Assembly (NCBI GenBank): GCA_030704615.1
Contig: CM060731.1
Span: forward strand, 12,524,001 to 12,588,000
Source of the DNA: Takakia lepidozioides
Taxonomy: Eukaryota; Plantae; Bryophyta
DNA: 64,000 nucleotides
Direction: 5' to 3'
The notes beneath the pieces are model-generated. The model made no database searches. It was not told the origin of the DNA and saw only the letters and a list, made by a program, of their open reading frames with translations. The translations under genes and the position numbers were made by a program. This document shows positions 53,614 through 64,000 of this stretch, one piece after another (positions within the stretch are counted from its first letter, which is position 1; every line of letters begins with the position of its first letter).

Positions 53614-54632
53614 ACTCCATCAAAGGTCGCCTTCTGTCCGTCATTAGCCGCTCCACCCGCTTTTCCTTTCGAAGCACTGGGTGCCGCCTTGACGTGTGTA
53701 GGCCCTCCCTTCGATTTCCACGTGCCATTGTCGCCGCGTGGCCTATCCCACTTCTTTTCCGGTCGGAAGGAGTCACCTTCCCGCCGGGTCTTCTTGTGGT
53801 TCAGCTCCGTACGGCCTTGTCTCTCACCCCTAGGGACATCCGAGAAACATTCAGCCTTCTCAATTGCCTCGTTCAAAGTCTTGGGTGGCTTCTCCTCCAA
53901 CTTCCGCCTGGCCCATGGGGCGAGTCCCGCCACAAAGTTGAAGACCATTTCTGGTTTTGCCATGTCCGCGACTTCAAGCAACAGCACATTGAAAGCCTGG
54001 ACATACCCCCGAATGTCATCTGTTTGCTTCAAATTCCTCATCTTGTCCCGGGCAAGCCAGGACGCGTTGAGGGGCACAAACTGTCTTTTCATCAATTCCT
54101 TGAACCCACTCCAGTTCAAGGTTTCCGGGCTTGGACCTCGGTCGTGAAGGCTTTTGTGCCACCATTGTTGAGCATAGCCCCTCAAATAGGTGGGAGCCAC
54201 TTCCACCCGATCCTCATCACTCAACTTGGCCGCCCGGAAGTACTGCTCTAGCTCCAGAAGCCAGGTGTTGAGTGCCTTCCGATTTCGGACGCCCTCGAAG
54301 GTGTCGGGTTCCTTAGGCTTCACCTTAAACTTTGCCTTAGTAGAAGTGGCATTAGCAGCCTTCAACACGTCTTTCAACGTCCCGCCAAACTGCGCCAACA
54401 ACCCTTCCCAAAAGGCTGCCGGGATGGGAGGCATCTCTTGGTTTGTCGGAGCTCTCAAGGATTCCTCGGGCTCCGACTCCTCGGATTCCTCCTGCTCTTG
54501 AGCGGCCTCGTTTTCAGAAACATGCATCGCTTCCTCAAACGGCCGCCTCGGTGACACGTCGCCCCTATCGGGCTCACCAGGATCATCATCTTTTGGGCCG
54601 TTCCGCTTTCGCTTCGGCTTGCCCGACCCCAT
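53556..54632 (-). CDS. gag: Gypsy Gag with CCHC zinc knuckle
   Basis: [52 protein letters not shown]; first ATG after the PBS is at 54632. Confidence 0.9.
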   Translation of the reverse strand: MGSGKPKRKRNGPKDDDPGEPDRGDVSPRRPFEEAMHVSENEAAQEQEESEESEPEESLRAPTNQEMPPIPAAFWEGLLAQFGGTLKDVLKAANATSTKAKFKVKPKEPDTFEGVRNRKALNTWLLELEQYFRAAKLSDEDRVEVAPTYLRGYAQQWWHKSLHDRGPSPETLNWSGFKELMKRQFVPLNASWLARDKMRNLKQTDDIRGYVQAFNVLLLEVADMAKPEMVFNFVAGLAPWARRKLEEKPPKTLNEAIEKAECFSDVPRGERQGRTELNHKKTRREGDSFRPEKKWDRPRGDNGTWKSKGGPTHVKAAPSASKGKAGGAANDGQKATFDGVCFNCGKPGHMAKKCTTPR

Positions 54633-54673
54633 GATGAGGCCAATCCCAAGGATGATCGCGTACTGAACTCTAA

Positions 54674-54685
54674 GCTCTGATACCA
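54674..54685 (-). promoter_or_regulatory. Primer-binding site complementary to tRNA-iMet
   Basis: TGGTATCAGAGC two bases downstream of the 5' LTR on the minus strand. Confidence 0.95.
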
Positions 54686-54687
54686 AG

Positions 54688-55414
54688 TGTCGCGCACCTC
54701 ACTTCGGTAAGCTCTCCCTCAAGTCATAATTACTCGCTTTGATGCGCGCGCCTGACTCCCAACCTGGCCGCCGGGCCAACTTGGAGCTTCGGCTACTCAC
54801 CGGGGCATAACGGTCCCCCTTTGTTCTCCCAAAGAACCCTCCACCGATTTGGAACCAGCGGGAATTCCCTTTGGTAGTTGGCAGTCCGGAACAACTCCCC
54901 ACTCTTTGGTCGCTTTCCGGCTCGCTCGCTTACTCACTAGTTTTTGGTCACCAACGGGCTTGCACCGTTCTCGGGGTTACTACTCCCTATATATACTTCT
55001 GTAGCTGTCCGCGGGGGTTTCACAACCAGCCATGCCATTTTATGGCGAACCACCACGAAAACCCTCGACTCCCGGTGATGAGTCGCGGTGAGTCTTGGCC
55101 CACTCACCACGGCCCCTATGGACCGTGATGAGTCCCAAGACCCCCCACGACTCCCACCACGAGGTCTCCGCCCCCATGGTGAGTCCTATGCCACCCCCAC
55201 TAAGTCCCGCTAAGCTACCACCACCCCTTGTGGAGCCACCCCCACCGCAACCCGGTGTGCGGGGCTCCACCTAGTGAGCGCCTCCGCTTCCCTGAGTGCC
55301 TTGGGCACTCAAGGGTGCTTCAGCCCCCCATACCCATCGCTGCCGCTGCCCCCACCACAGGGGCAGCCCCTCATGTGTCCCGACCCCCTGCCCTCAAGGC
55401 AAAGGGCCGCGACA
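54688..55414 (-). repeat. 5' LTR of the Gypsy element
   Basis: Direct repeat of 48443-49169, adjacent to the PBS. Confidence 0.97.
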
Positions 55415-55806
55415 CTGTTTGTGGTGCCTCGGCCTAAGTCTTGGAGTTTTTGGACCTTGCATTGAAGCATTTTCAGGTGGCCATTTGGTCATGCGTTGAT
55501 AGAGGTGTTCTTTGTAGGATATTGGAGAGCTTCGTCCCCACGAAAAAAACGAAGAAGTTTTGCTTCATATGGTCAGTTGAGGATTGCAAGGATACCACCG
55601 GTTATATCAGGCCCGAGATGAAATATCTCGTGAAGGATATTTGCAGTGTTATTGCCAAGTACCCTGGTAGACCGTTTGCTACGCAGGGGCAAATACTTTT
55701 TGTAGATGATGAGCCATCAAATGGCCTGCAAAACCCACAAAATACTAGATTATTCCCTTCCTCATTCAAGCATCACCAAACGGCTTGCGTGACCAAGATG
55801 ATATGA
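55415..55806 (+). pseudogene. FCP1/NIF-like HAD-fold domain, copy 3 (split by the Gypsy insertion; N-terminal part before 48443)
   Basis: The reconstructed empty site reads DRPFVVPRP, then LEFLDLALKHFQVAIWS..FIWSVEDC..YLVKD..ILFVDDEP..NP. Confidence 0.7.
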
Positions 55807-57556
55807 CAAAGGCAATGTGGCCATATATATATCGGTGATGGCTGGAGCTTCAACAGTCGTTGATTACATTAGCGAGAACCGGACAAAGTGTTCTCATAAG
55901 CCTATTGGTCGAGACCATGCCTGTTGGGCCTGGTATGGAAGATATCTTGATCATCGTGTTTGGATCCCACAACAAAAGGAACCTGATTACCTTGGTAGGC
56001 ACGTGGATCCCACTGTTCTGTTGTGTTTGTTTAGAATTTGATTTTCCAATTCTTTTGCATTTGCATTTGCACTCTTACCTCAACAAATCCTCATTATGCA
56101 AAACTTCCACTTTGGGCATAACATTTGTCATTTCAACCGCGTGTCCCCAGTTACATTCAATGAACGATTTCTAAAAGAGGAACAAGAGCTGCATGATTGG
56201 GAAGAATGGCGGGCGTGCCGGTAGGCTTCAAGGGCATCAACTAGAGTTGGCAGTAACATTTCAGATGACAATGTCGGCCAGTTTCACCTTCCTGAAAGTA
56301 TCTCCGTTTCCTCTGGTGCAGAGATCGTTGCAAGTGGTTGTGGTACCCGGAGGCGTCTTCGGACACATGCCTTGACTGCGAGCCATTTGGGATGAGGCTC
56401 AGTATTATTAATAAGTTAGTATAAGCCGTAACGGTTCTATGGCTTCAGAATTGCTTGTATGACATTAAGTCCATGAACGGATAGACAGTTGACATTCATT
56501 TTTCTGTTGGTCCATCGCCTTGAATGATACAATCTCAAATAAAATATGAATGTTTCATATCATCAATCAGGTCCCAACAGACTCGTTTTTCCATGTTGTC
56601 CTCTTCATCACATGCCATCATTGTTTCATATTTGGTTCTGCCATTGTTCCATGTTTGTTTGTGTATGTCATTTTGGATATCGGAGTTCTCATCATTGTTT
56701 GATTCATTGCATCATCCCATTCCTTTTAATGAACGTCAACTTAGTAGTGGATGTTCCTTGTATTTCTGCGTAGAATATGTGGAGGATTATATAATTCGTT
56801 GTTATATAGTGCACAAATAACCAAATAATTATAGATATATCTCTTTATTTATATTATAGATTATATTTATTCATATATCTTATATTATTTCTGGACCAAA
56901 CAAAAGTCCAGAATTAGTTAAAATAGTGTTGAAAGGTAAAGTTCCTTGGAAGCCCAGATCGACCTGGGCCCTTCATTGATGTCTTTCTCTGTTCTTCAGG
57001 GTCCACGAAAGTATGATCTATGTGCATACTGCTCCAAATTTCAAGGCACCTACATTGGTTGATACATGAAAACTTGCATGAGTGAAACCTTGAATTTCTA
57101 AGCTTGGCAGGTACCATTTTTTGCAAGAATGCCTGAGCAATTTGTCTTCAACTAGAGTTTGTGAGCTATGTACCTAGGATAAGGACAATCTTGGAGTAGG
57201 CTTCCTAGGACGAGGATGGCGCCCATTTGTAGTTGTTTGGTTGACCAATTTAGGGATGTGATTAATTTCGTTATGAAAGAACGAACCCAAATTTTGAAAG
57301 ATGAAAATTATGTTGTAGCAAAATGTACAATAGCTAGTGGATCTTTATCTACTAAATTGTTTTTACAAAAAATTGGTCTACCTAATACCATTGAGATTCA
57401 TAAGTTTCATATTGATGTCCTAAAAGATTCTCAAGTGAATAAGTCATATTGGTTATATCAAAATATGAAGGACACTCGGACTGCCTATATAAAATACAAC
57501 TCAAGAACAACAACATTGCTGGTGGTTCTTGATGGGAGCAGCGCATTGACAGAATA

Positions 57557-58683
57557 GTTGATTTCAGCGATATCAAAGTTGACAACATTCACCTCGTCAC
57601 AGCCTAGATTAGCAAAAGTCAGTTATGGGCTTAAAAAAGCCATAAATAGTAAAAGTATAAGAAAGACTTTAAGCAAAGCCATATACAATAAAAGTATATA
57701 TATAGACTTAAGCAAAGTCAAGATTGGCAAAAGTCTAAAAGAAGCCTAGAGCCAAGTAAAGCAAAAAGTAAGCTTTAAGAGTAAGAAGGGATATCAAGAA
57801 TAACTACAACCTAGATATCTTAAGCAAAGGGGTGAGACCTCAAAGAGTACTTAAAGAGGACTGGTGTTGAGTCTAGTAGGAAAATACAGAGAAAGTGGTC
57901 AGAGAAAGTGTGATGATCAGATGTGGTTACTCAAAGTCTTGAGAGAGAGCAAGACAGACTTAGCACGAAGAAGGATCTAGTACTCTTTGGCAAGCAGCGA
58001 GAGAGGTCTCTAGGTTGGGAGGTTATTTTGCTCAAAGGTAGCTTAGTTGTTAAGCACTTTCCATAAGAGGTTTGATCGTTACACACCTTATCTACATACG
58101 ACACATTTTGGAATGTAAGGTTAGATTGTTAGATGTCAAATACTTTCATATTTTCAAAGTGCACCTTATAAAAGAAGGAATTGACATATGACTAGAAGAG
58201 GGTGAGGGCTATCTAGAAGTCATGGGTATGCTGCAACTATTGCTAATAGAGGCAATACTGATAAGTATTCAAATAAATACACATCGAAAGAAGATGAAGT
58301 AGCATTTTGTAATAGCGGTGATAATATTGTAAGAGATATTTGGTTTGGAGTTGTGGTAAAGACATGACTTTGCCACAACTCCAAACCAAATGTTTGTTGC
58401 AATATTATCACCGCTATCACAAAATTCTACTTCATCTTCTGTCGCTGTGTATTTATTTGGAATATCTATCAATATTGCCTCTACTAGCAATAGTTGTAGC
58501 ATACCCATGACTTTTAGATAGCCCTAACACACTTCCAGTCATATGTCAATTCCTTCTTTTATAAGGTGCACTTTGAAAATATGAATACGTTTGACATCTC
58601 ATAGTCTAACCTTGCATTGTATCCAAAATGTTCCGTATGTAGATAAGGTGAATGTTGTTATCTTTGAGATCACTGAAATCAAC
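57557..58683. repeat. Long inverted repeat (foldback), arms ~315 bp, essentially no loop, left arm interrupted by a solo LTR
   Basis: 58084-58364 is the reverse complement of 58365-58650 (centre aaagaCATGacttt). Pairing continues between 57557-57589 and 58651-58683. Confidence 0.93.
57595..58083. mobile_element. Solo LTR (489 bp)
   Basis: Flanked by a perfect 5-bp duplication CACCT (57590-57594, 58084-58088); ends cGTCAC...GTTACA (TG..CA with the first base changed). Its removal restores the foldback arm. Confidence 0.8.
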
Positions 58684-59689
58684 AAACTATGCATCGCTTA
58701 ACTACCTCTATTTAAAGATTTTTCCACTACATGTGCTATATATATTTACGTATAGCTTGCATTATGTATAATTAATTATGCTTATTCATTACTTAACAAC
58801 CTATCTGTGTGATCATCAATTTATAGTATAAAATATATTAGTTATTACTTATAATATATTATTTTTATCAATATGAATAATATAAACAGAGATAATAACA
58901 GAGATTATTTGATAAATAATTTTGTCAAATTATTTTCTCTCCTAAAATACCTGAAAATTTCAACAATCAAGAAATTTTTATAGAAAACACATCTTTGAAA
59001 TATAAAGTGCATTTATGACCTATTGATTTTGTAAGTCCTATTTACTGCAGAAGTATCATCAATATTCAAGTTTACAAGCAAAAATTTATACAGAACACTA
59101 CAAAACAAGAAAGAACTTCCCTCTCTCTCTCCAGTCTAACAAATGAGTTGTTTGGTCCAGATTCCCTCCGCCTCTCTTTTCAAAACCAGCCATGATGAGA
59201 TTGTGGCAACCTCGAAGGAGCAGCTTTTGGCATTCGTGCCTTCTCACGCTGCATCAGGCGGATGAGATCCGAGGAGGCCTTTGAGAGATGGCTAAAGTGT
59301 CTGAAAATTGACTATGTACTATATAGAGAATGATAGTATGGATGAGGATTTTTTATGACATTCTTTCTAGCTTAGAACGATTTTTGCTTTGGTGCAATTC
59401 ACGATGATCATGTTTCCTGAGCTTTTCTGTTTGAACTTTGAACATTCACAACAGAAAGCTCTGTAATTCCGACGGAAGGCTTCCCGTCTACTGCAGGCCA
59501 CCCATGTTGTAGCTTCTTGTTCATCTACATAGCATACTTTTGCTCTCTAATCGGTGTTTTTTTTGGGGGCCACATTTCTACTTGGAAAATGGGTCAACTA
59601 CTTGTACATAGGAATTATGGGGATAAATTCCAAAAATCTAGTCAGAATGCATCAGTAGTTGAAGAGCCTGATTTTGCCATCGTGGACCA

Positions 59690-59880
59690 GTTAAAACGTG
59701 CCACCTCGTATATAAACAACTTTTCCAATCCTGCCACCTCGTTAGCAATTTTGGAAAAATGGAAAACAAAACACTCTCTCTAATACAACACCCTATAGAG
59801 CCCACACCCCAAAAGCGGCAGTAGGCCACAAAGTGAAGTGGCTCTAATTACTTCCGCAAGCTTAGGCCGGACTATTCCCT
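59690..59880 (+). mobile_element. Another non-LTR retrotransposon 3'-end relic with the structured motif
   Basis: ATAGAGCCCAC..GGCAGTAGGCC..GAAGTGGCTCTAATTAC at 59795-59851, preceded by a KMENK-like ORF end. Confidence 0.55.
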
Positions 59881-61127
59881 CACTAACATCCAACACTAAG
59901 CCACACTTCCCCAGCCCCAGAATGGGACCCCTGCTTTGGCCGGAGTCTTCTATCTTCTCTCTTGAACTGAACCGAGACCTTTGAACTACAGTGACACAAG
60001 TCAATACAGATTACTCAGTAGCCCAACAATCTTCCATGACAATGTCGTCAAGACCTTTTCCTCTTCACATGCATCCCCTTACAATTACTGTTTGAATCAG
60101 CAACAAGGTATGGTGGGTAATGGTACGGAGGTAAATCACTGGGAAGTCTTACATCTGTATTCTTTAACAGCTACAATTGCTTAGCCCTATCACTAAGCTG
60201 AAGGGGCAGAATATTAAAAGAAGGCCAGCAATGGAAGTTGAATGGACAGAATGGCAAAAGTCAAAAGCTAGAGTTATGCATTAATAAAAGAGTACCAAGA
60301 ACAGGAAGGGGTATTTGCAAAGCAAGGGGGGGGGGGACACCTAAGGAGATCTAGTGTTCAGTCTGAGAAGGAAAGGGTTCACAAGTAGCAACCTGGTAAA
60401 GCAAGAAAGTGCAACGTGGGGAGGGAAGGGGTATTGCAGCTTCTTGCTTTGAGGATGAGAGTTGCAAGAAGCAGTGAAACTATGATAGGTGCGAAACTCA
60501 TGAGGAGGTAAGTACTATATCTTTGAGAAATGAAATTCAAATCCCACATGAAGGCAGCAGGAATCAAGACACAAAGACGAACTTGTCACATCGGTCCCCT
60601 TCGTTGCACCTTCGATGTGTAGTGATGAGTTTTCTCTCATGTTTTCCACATTATGAGACTGCTGCATAATGTGCTCGGTCATGCTTGGCACGCAAGCGTT
60701 AGCTTTCAAACCATAACACTTGCGGCCATCATTCATCTCCCGAAGCCTACATACTCTCTCGAAATAACCATGCCAGATTATACTCTGTAATTCTGATTGC
60801 ATCCAGTGTGTTACTTGCCTTCAAAGGACGATTGATGACCTACCAAATGAGACGACAAAACATCCGCATCTATCTTATTTGTTTTAGAACGACAAAAGGG
60901 CAACCTACGGCGATCAGAGTTAATTTTATGATTCTCTTTCAGAGACGGGAATTCAACCCAACGAGCAGTGCTGCAGAGACTCCCCAACCAAGTCTTCCAC
61001 ATTGCCAAGCTGCCATGGTCCTCAATCAAAAATCATAAACCAATTGATTACTCAGTAGTGCCAAGGTGAGAGGATACCAGTGCCCAGAGACTGAACCTCC
61101 GAAAATGAAGTGGCATATAGCAAACAG

Positions 61128-61535
61128 TTAACCTGGGGGCCAGCCCATCTGCCTTCCCCCAATGATGTGTACGTGAAGATGGTATACCGACTGACAGCCC
61201 TCGGGACCATCGTTGATGACTAGGCGAAAACCATCGGAAAGACCCTCCTGCTTGGCGACAAGTTGTGCGGTGTACAGGAGGTGGCCCAGGATGTCCTTGT
61301 GCCTCTCCTCTGCCTTAGAAAGCTGGGTCAATCCATCCCTCTCTTTGGGAATGAGGATGATGTGCACCGGGCCCTGCGGAGCTATGTCTCTGAAGGCCAG
61401 CACCTTGTCATCCTCGTAGACAACAGTGGCAGGAATTTGCTTGGATATTATCTTGTCAAAGATGGTCGGTGCTCCAGATTCAGCAGCTTTGGCAGCGGCA
61501 GCTGCCAACGCCGCTGCCTTCTCGTCATCCGCCAT
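61128..61535 (-). CDS. HINT1: Histidine triad nucleotide-binding protein 1 (HINT1-type), 135 aa, no coding introns
   Basis: PTIFDKII..VYEDDKVLAFRDIAPQGPVHIILIPK..GFRLVINDGPEGCQSVYHLHVHIIGGRQMGWPPG (HxHxH triad, WPPG end). Confidence 0.96.
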   Translation of the reverse strand: MADDEKAAALAAAAAKAAESGAPTIFDKIISKQIPATVVYEDDKVLAFRDIAPQGPVHIILIPKERDGLTQLSKAEERHKDILGHLLYTAQLVAKQEGLSDGFRLVINDGPEGCQSVYHLHVHIIGGRQMGWPPG

Positions 61536-62027
61536 CGCCTCCGATTCCACCCCCTGCAAGTGGGCCTGGAACACAGCCAGGCGTTCTCTGCCTCGCCTGC
61601 CTTTCTCTCCCGCCAGCCTCCTGCTCCTTCCACACAAACTCCCTGTGAGATCTCCCTAACCTTTTGATCCCCCTCTCTCTCCCTCTCCCAATTTCCCTCT
61701 CCCTCTCCCCCTCACAGGCACCTGCAGGACAAGAGACCCTGAATGAGGCATGGTCCTCTCAGTCGGGAGTGGGTCCTGCAGTAACTAACCACGGTTAACT
61801 GAGATCCGGTCAAAACCAGACATACAGGTCAGATCTCAGAACCCTTTAGTTCCCGCTTCTTTGCTTTCGTCTGCACCCATCTCTCTGTATTTCCTCGGGA
61901 GTTGGCGTTCGATTTGGCGTGAAGCTTTCATACCCACGATTTCTTGACTGAATCATCATCAGCACCACCATCATCTTCTTCGTCCTCCGTGAGTGGGCAA
62001 GCTGGGGGCTACCTGCGCACACGAAAT
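61536..62027. promoter_or_regulatory. Short divergent intergenic region, probable bidirectional promoter for HINT1 and KU80
   Basis: Only 492 bp between divergent ATGs; CT/GA-rich leader at 61670-61712. Confidence 0.5.
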
Positions 62028-64000
62028 ATGGCACGAAGCAAGGTATTTCTACAGTCTTAATTGACTTCTCTATCCTTCTGTTATTTAACATGTAAAACCG
62101 AAATGCTGTGAGGGCCTCCACCTATGGGTGGTAGGAGAGATTATTGGAAGAACCACCAATTGTCCTTTGGATGTCGATTGTGTGTGAGATCAAGGACAAA
62201 GTGGGTTGTTTGGGAAACAAAGGGATTGAGAGACAGTGTGGGAAGGCGACTTAGGTCTGTACATACTTACTTGGCAACCACGAGTTTGTGTTGTATCGTG
62301 AATTGGGCATGTATCACAATGTCTACCGACACATAGCGCCTAAAGTAGAAACACTTGTGGTGATGTCTTTTAGTGCTGAATTGGGCCTCCCGTTGTAATG
62401 TTCCAGGATTGTTTTGGTATTGTCCGCATCCTCTAAGCTTTACTTCTGGTTCTTGGGTTGGGGCGTTATCCTTGCTGAATCCATCAGTTACATCTACCGT
62501 ACCTGTTAGAATACTTCTTGGGTTTTGAGCATTTGTGTCATCCATACATTCTAGCTGCTTCATGCAGAGACCAAACACCCGGCAGGTTGATGCACAGTTT
62601 CATCCATTTGCCTGACCACATGTGTCAAATTTTTGGTCTCCATGTAGCTGCTCCTGATCAGAGCTTGTTTACTTGGTGGAGTGGCGTGTTGCAGGAGACA
62701 CTAGTGTTGCTACTGGATGTGAGTGCCAGCATGCATCCCCATCTTCCTCTGGCAACAAAACTTTTGTCGACTGTCTTAGACCGAAAGGTATTGACAATTC
62801 GTTGTTTCGCTCTTTCTATTGGCTTGAAGTTGTTCCATTCTGAAGCTTGTAATGTCAAGTGATCAGTAAGTTGCATTGATGTGAGAATGGGTGCCGGATG
62901 CAGCTGATGCTAAGTAAAAGTGATGAGCTTGGTCTGGTTCTTTTTGGCGCAACTGGTATTCCCATTCCCTTCAACCTGCTGCAATAGTAAGAATGCACTG
63001 TATGACATCCATGAATGTTACCAGAATTGCTTTACTCGTGAAGCTGCTCCTCCATGTCTTATCAACAGGGATGCATTCACAGGACTTCACTAGTTCTTGA
63101 AAGTGGCTTTCATAGAGTCTTGTATGACCATGTCATGTGAGGAGCTTCACTAGAAGGTTGTTATCAGGAGCCCAGCCTCCAAAACTCTTTCCCCCCTGGC
63201 CATCATGAGCATAAAAGTTGAGCTTATTATTGATCTGTGCTGTGGAGACTTGTTTGGACATTCTCAGAGACGGAGAATGAATTGAATGAGGAGTTGGGGG
63301 GCTATGAGAGCATCGTGGTTTCTCGGCCTATTGCAGTTGTTGATGAAGACGTTTCACAGTCATTGGAGAACATTCCCCGAGGGACGGGTGCTAGTGACTG
63401 TATCCTTGTTTGGTAGACCAATTCGTTGCATTTGTTGTGGTTGTGAGATGTGTTGCCTGTGTTCTCTCAGGTCGATCGCTATGCTAAGACTCAAATATGT
63501 GCTATGGAATGGTGAAAGTTTGCTTATAAGCTCATCATTCCCAAGCCTAAGCCAAGAAGTGTTACAGCTCCCATGATAGAGTACATGTACATAATATCTC
63601 TAGAGAGGGAGTTTGGGACTGAAAGTGAGGAGTAAAAAGATGGAGAGAGTTAAAGGGAAGGAAAGAGGGAGCTAACAACTTATCCTCCACATTGAGTTTC
63701 TTAACCCCTAAGGGCCAGTTCTGGATGCCATCGTGGTTGGCATTGACATGATCATCAAGAAGCTTGGGCAAGGGAAGAAAGCCAACAAGCGCATCTGTCT
63801 TATCACAGATGCTGAGTCCCGGATCAGAGAACCCGAGGAGGGTACGGTAGAAGAGCAAGTTGACAATATTGCAGGGCAAATGGCTAAAGAAAGTATCAAA
63901 TTGGAGGCTATTGTTGTCCGAATCGGACACCAGACCCCCTCAAAATCAACGATACGGAAGGAGAACGAGGCTTTCTTGAGAAGATTTGAATCACAGGCCC
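62028..64000 (+). CDS. KU80: Ku80 (NHEJ DNA end-binding subunit), 5' part; continues beyond the window
   Basis: Exons 62028-62042 (MARSK), 62695-62787 (ETLVLLLDVSASMH), 62904-62955 (DELGLVLFG), 63268-63399 (TENELNEELGGYE) and 63719 onwards (FLDAIVVGIDMII..KRICLITDA); all GT-AG and phase-compatible; vWA domain. Confidence 0.93.

Larger units (their letters stand above)
48443..55414 (-). mobile_element. Ty3/Gypsy LTR retrotransposon, chromovirus type, full length but frameshifted
   Basis: Two 727-bp TG..CA LTRs, target duplication ccgtt/ctgtt, tRNA-iMet PBS, and the order gag-PR-RT-RH-INT-chromodomain. Confidence 0.97.

Noticed and set aside
48454-55499. Pairs of near-identical short ORFs at 48.4-49.3 kb and 54.7-55.5 kb
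   Set aside because: Chance frames in the GC-rich LTRs, duplicated because the LTRs are duplicated.

Overview
Eukaryotic nuclear DNA from a land plant, probably a non-seed lineage (inferred from short introns, very homogeneous PLS-type PPR triplets and the retroelement types; the species cannot be determined). Apparently intact genes: a FatB-type acyl-ACP thioesterase (16343-19677, -), TSR3 (31681-38033, -), HINT1 (61128-61535, -) and the 5' part of KU80 (62028 to the window end, +). Pseudogenes: a 2OG-Fe(II) dioxygenase, a second 5'-truncated thioesterase and a V-ATPase subunit A fragment. Mobile and repeat DNA: a near-intact chromovirus-type Ty3/Gypsy element (48443-55414), a Dualen/RandI-like non-LTR retrotransposon relic plus further copies of its structured 3' end, a CACTA-like derivative, a MITE, a tRNA-derived SINE, a solo LTR inside a long foldback, a 9 x 179 bp intronic satellite, and a decayed ~15 kb unit with three FCP1/NIF-like HAD domains. 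The main observation is at 5.4-14.4 kb: two head-to-head PLS-DYW PPR genes (C-to-U organellar RNA-editing type) and a third decayed copy, all fused at the N-terminus to PDF motifs, the ssDNA-binding module of plant OSB proteins. The motifs lie on small GT-AG exons that the ORF track misses, and the exon phases join correctly into the PPR-DYW frame. A second notable observation is a canonical PTS2 (RLx5HL) in frame upstream of the first AUG of HINT1, apparently reachable only by non-AUG (CUG) initiation. All alignments were done by eye.
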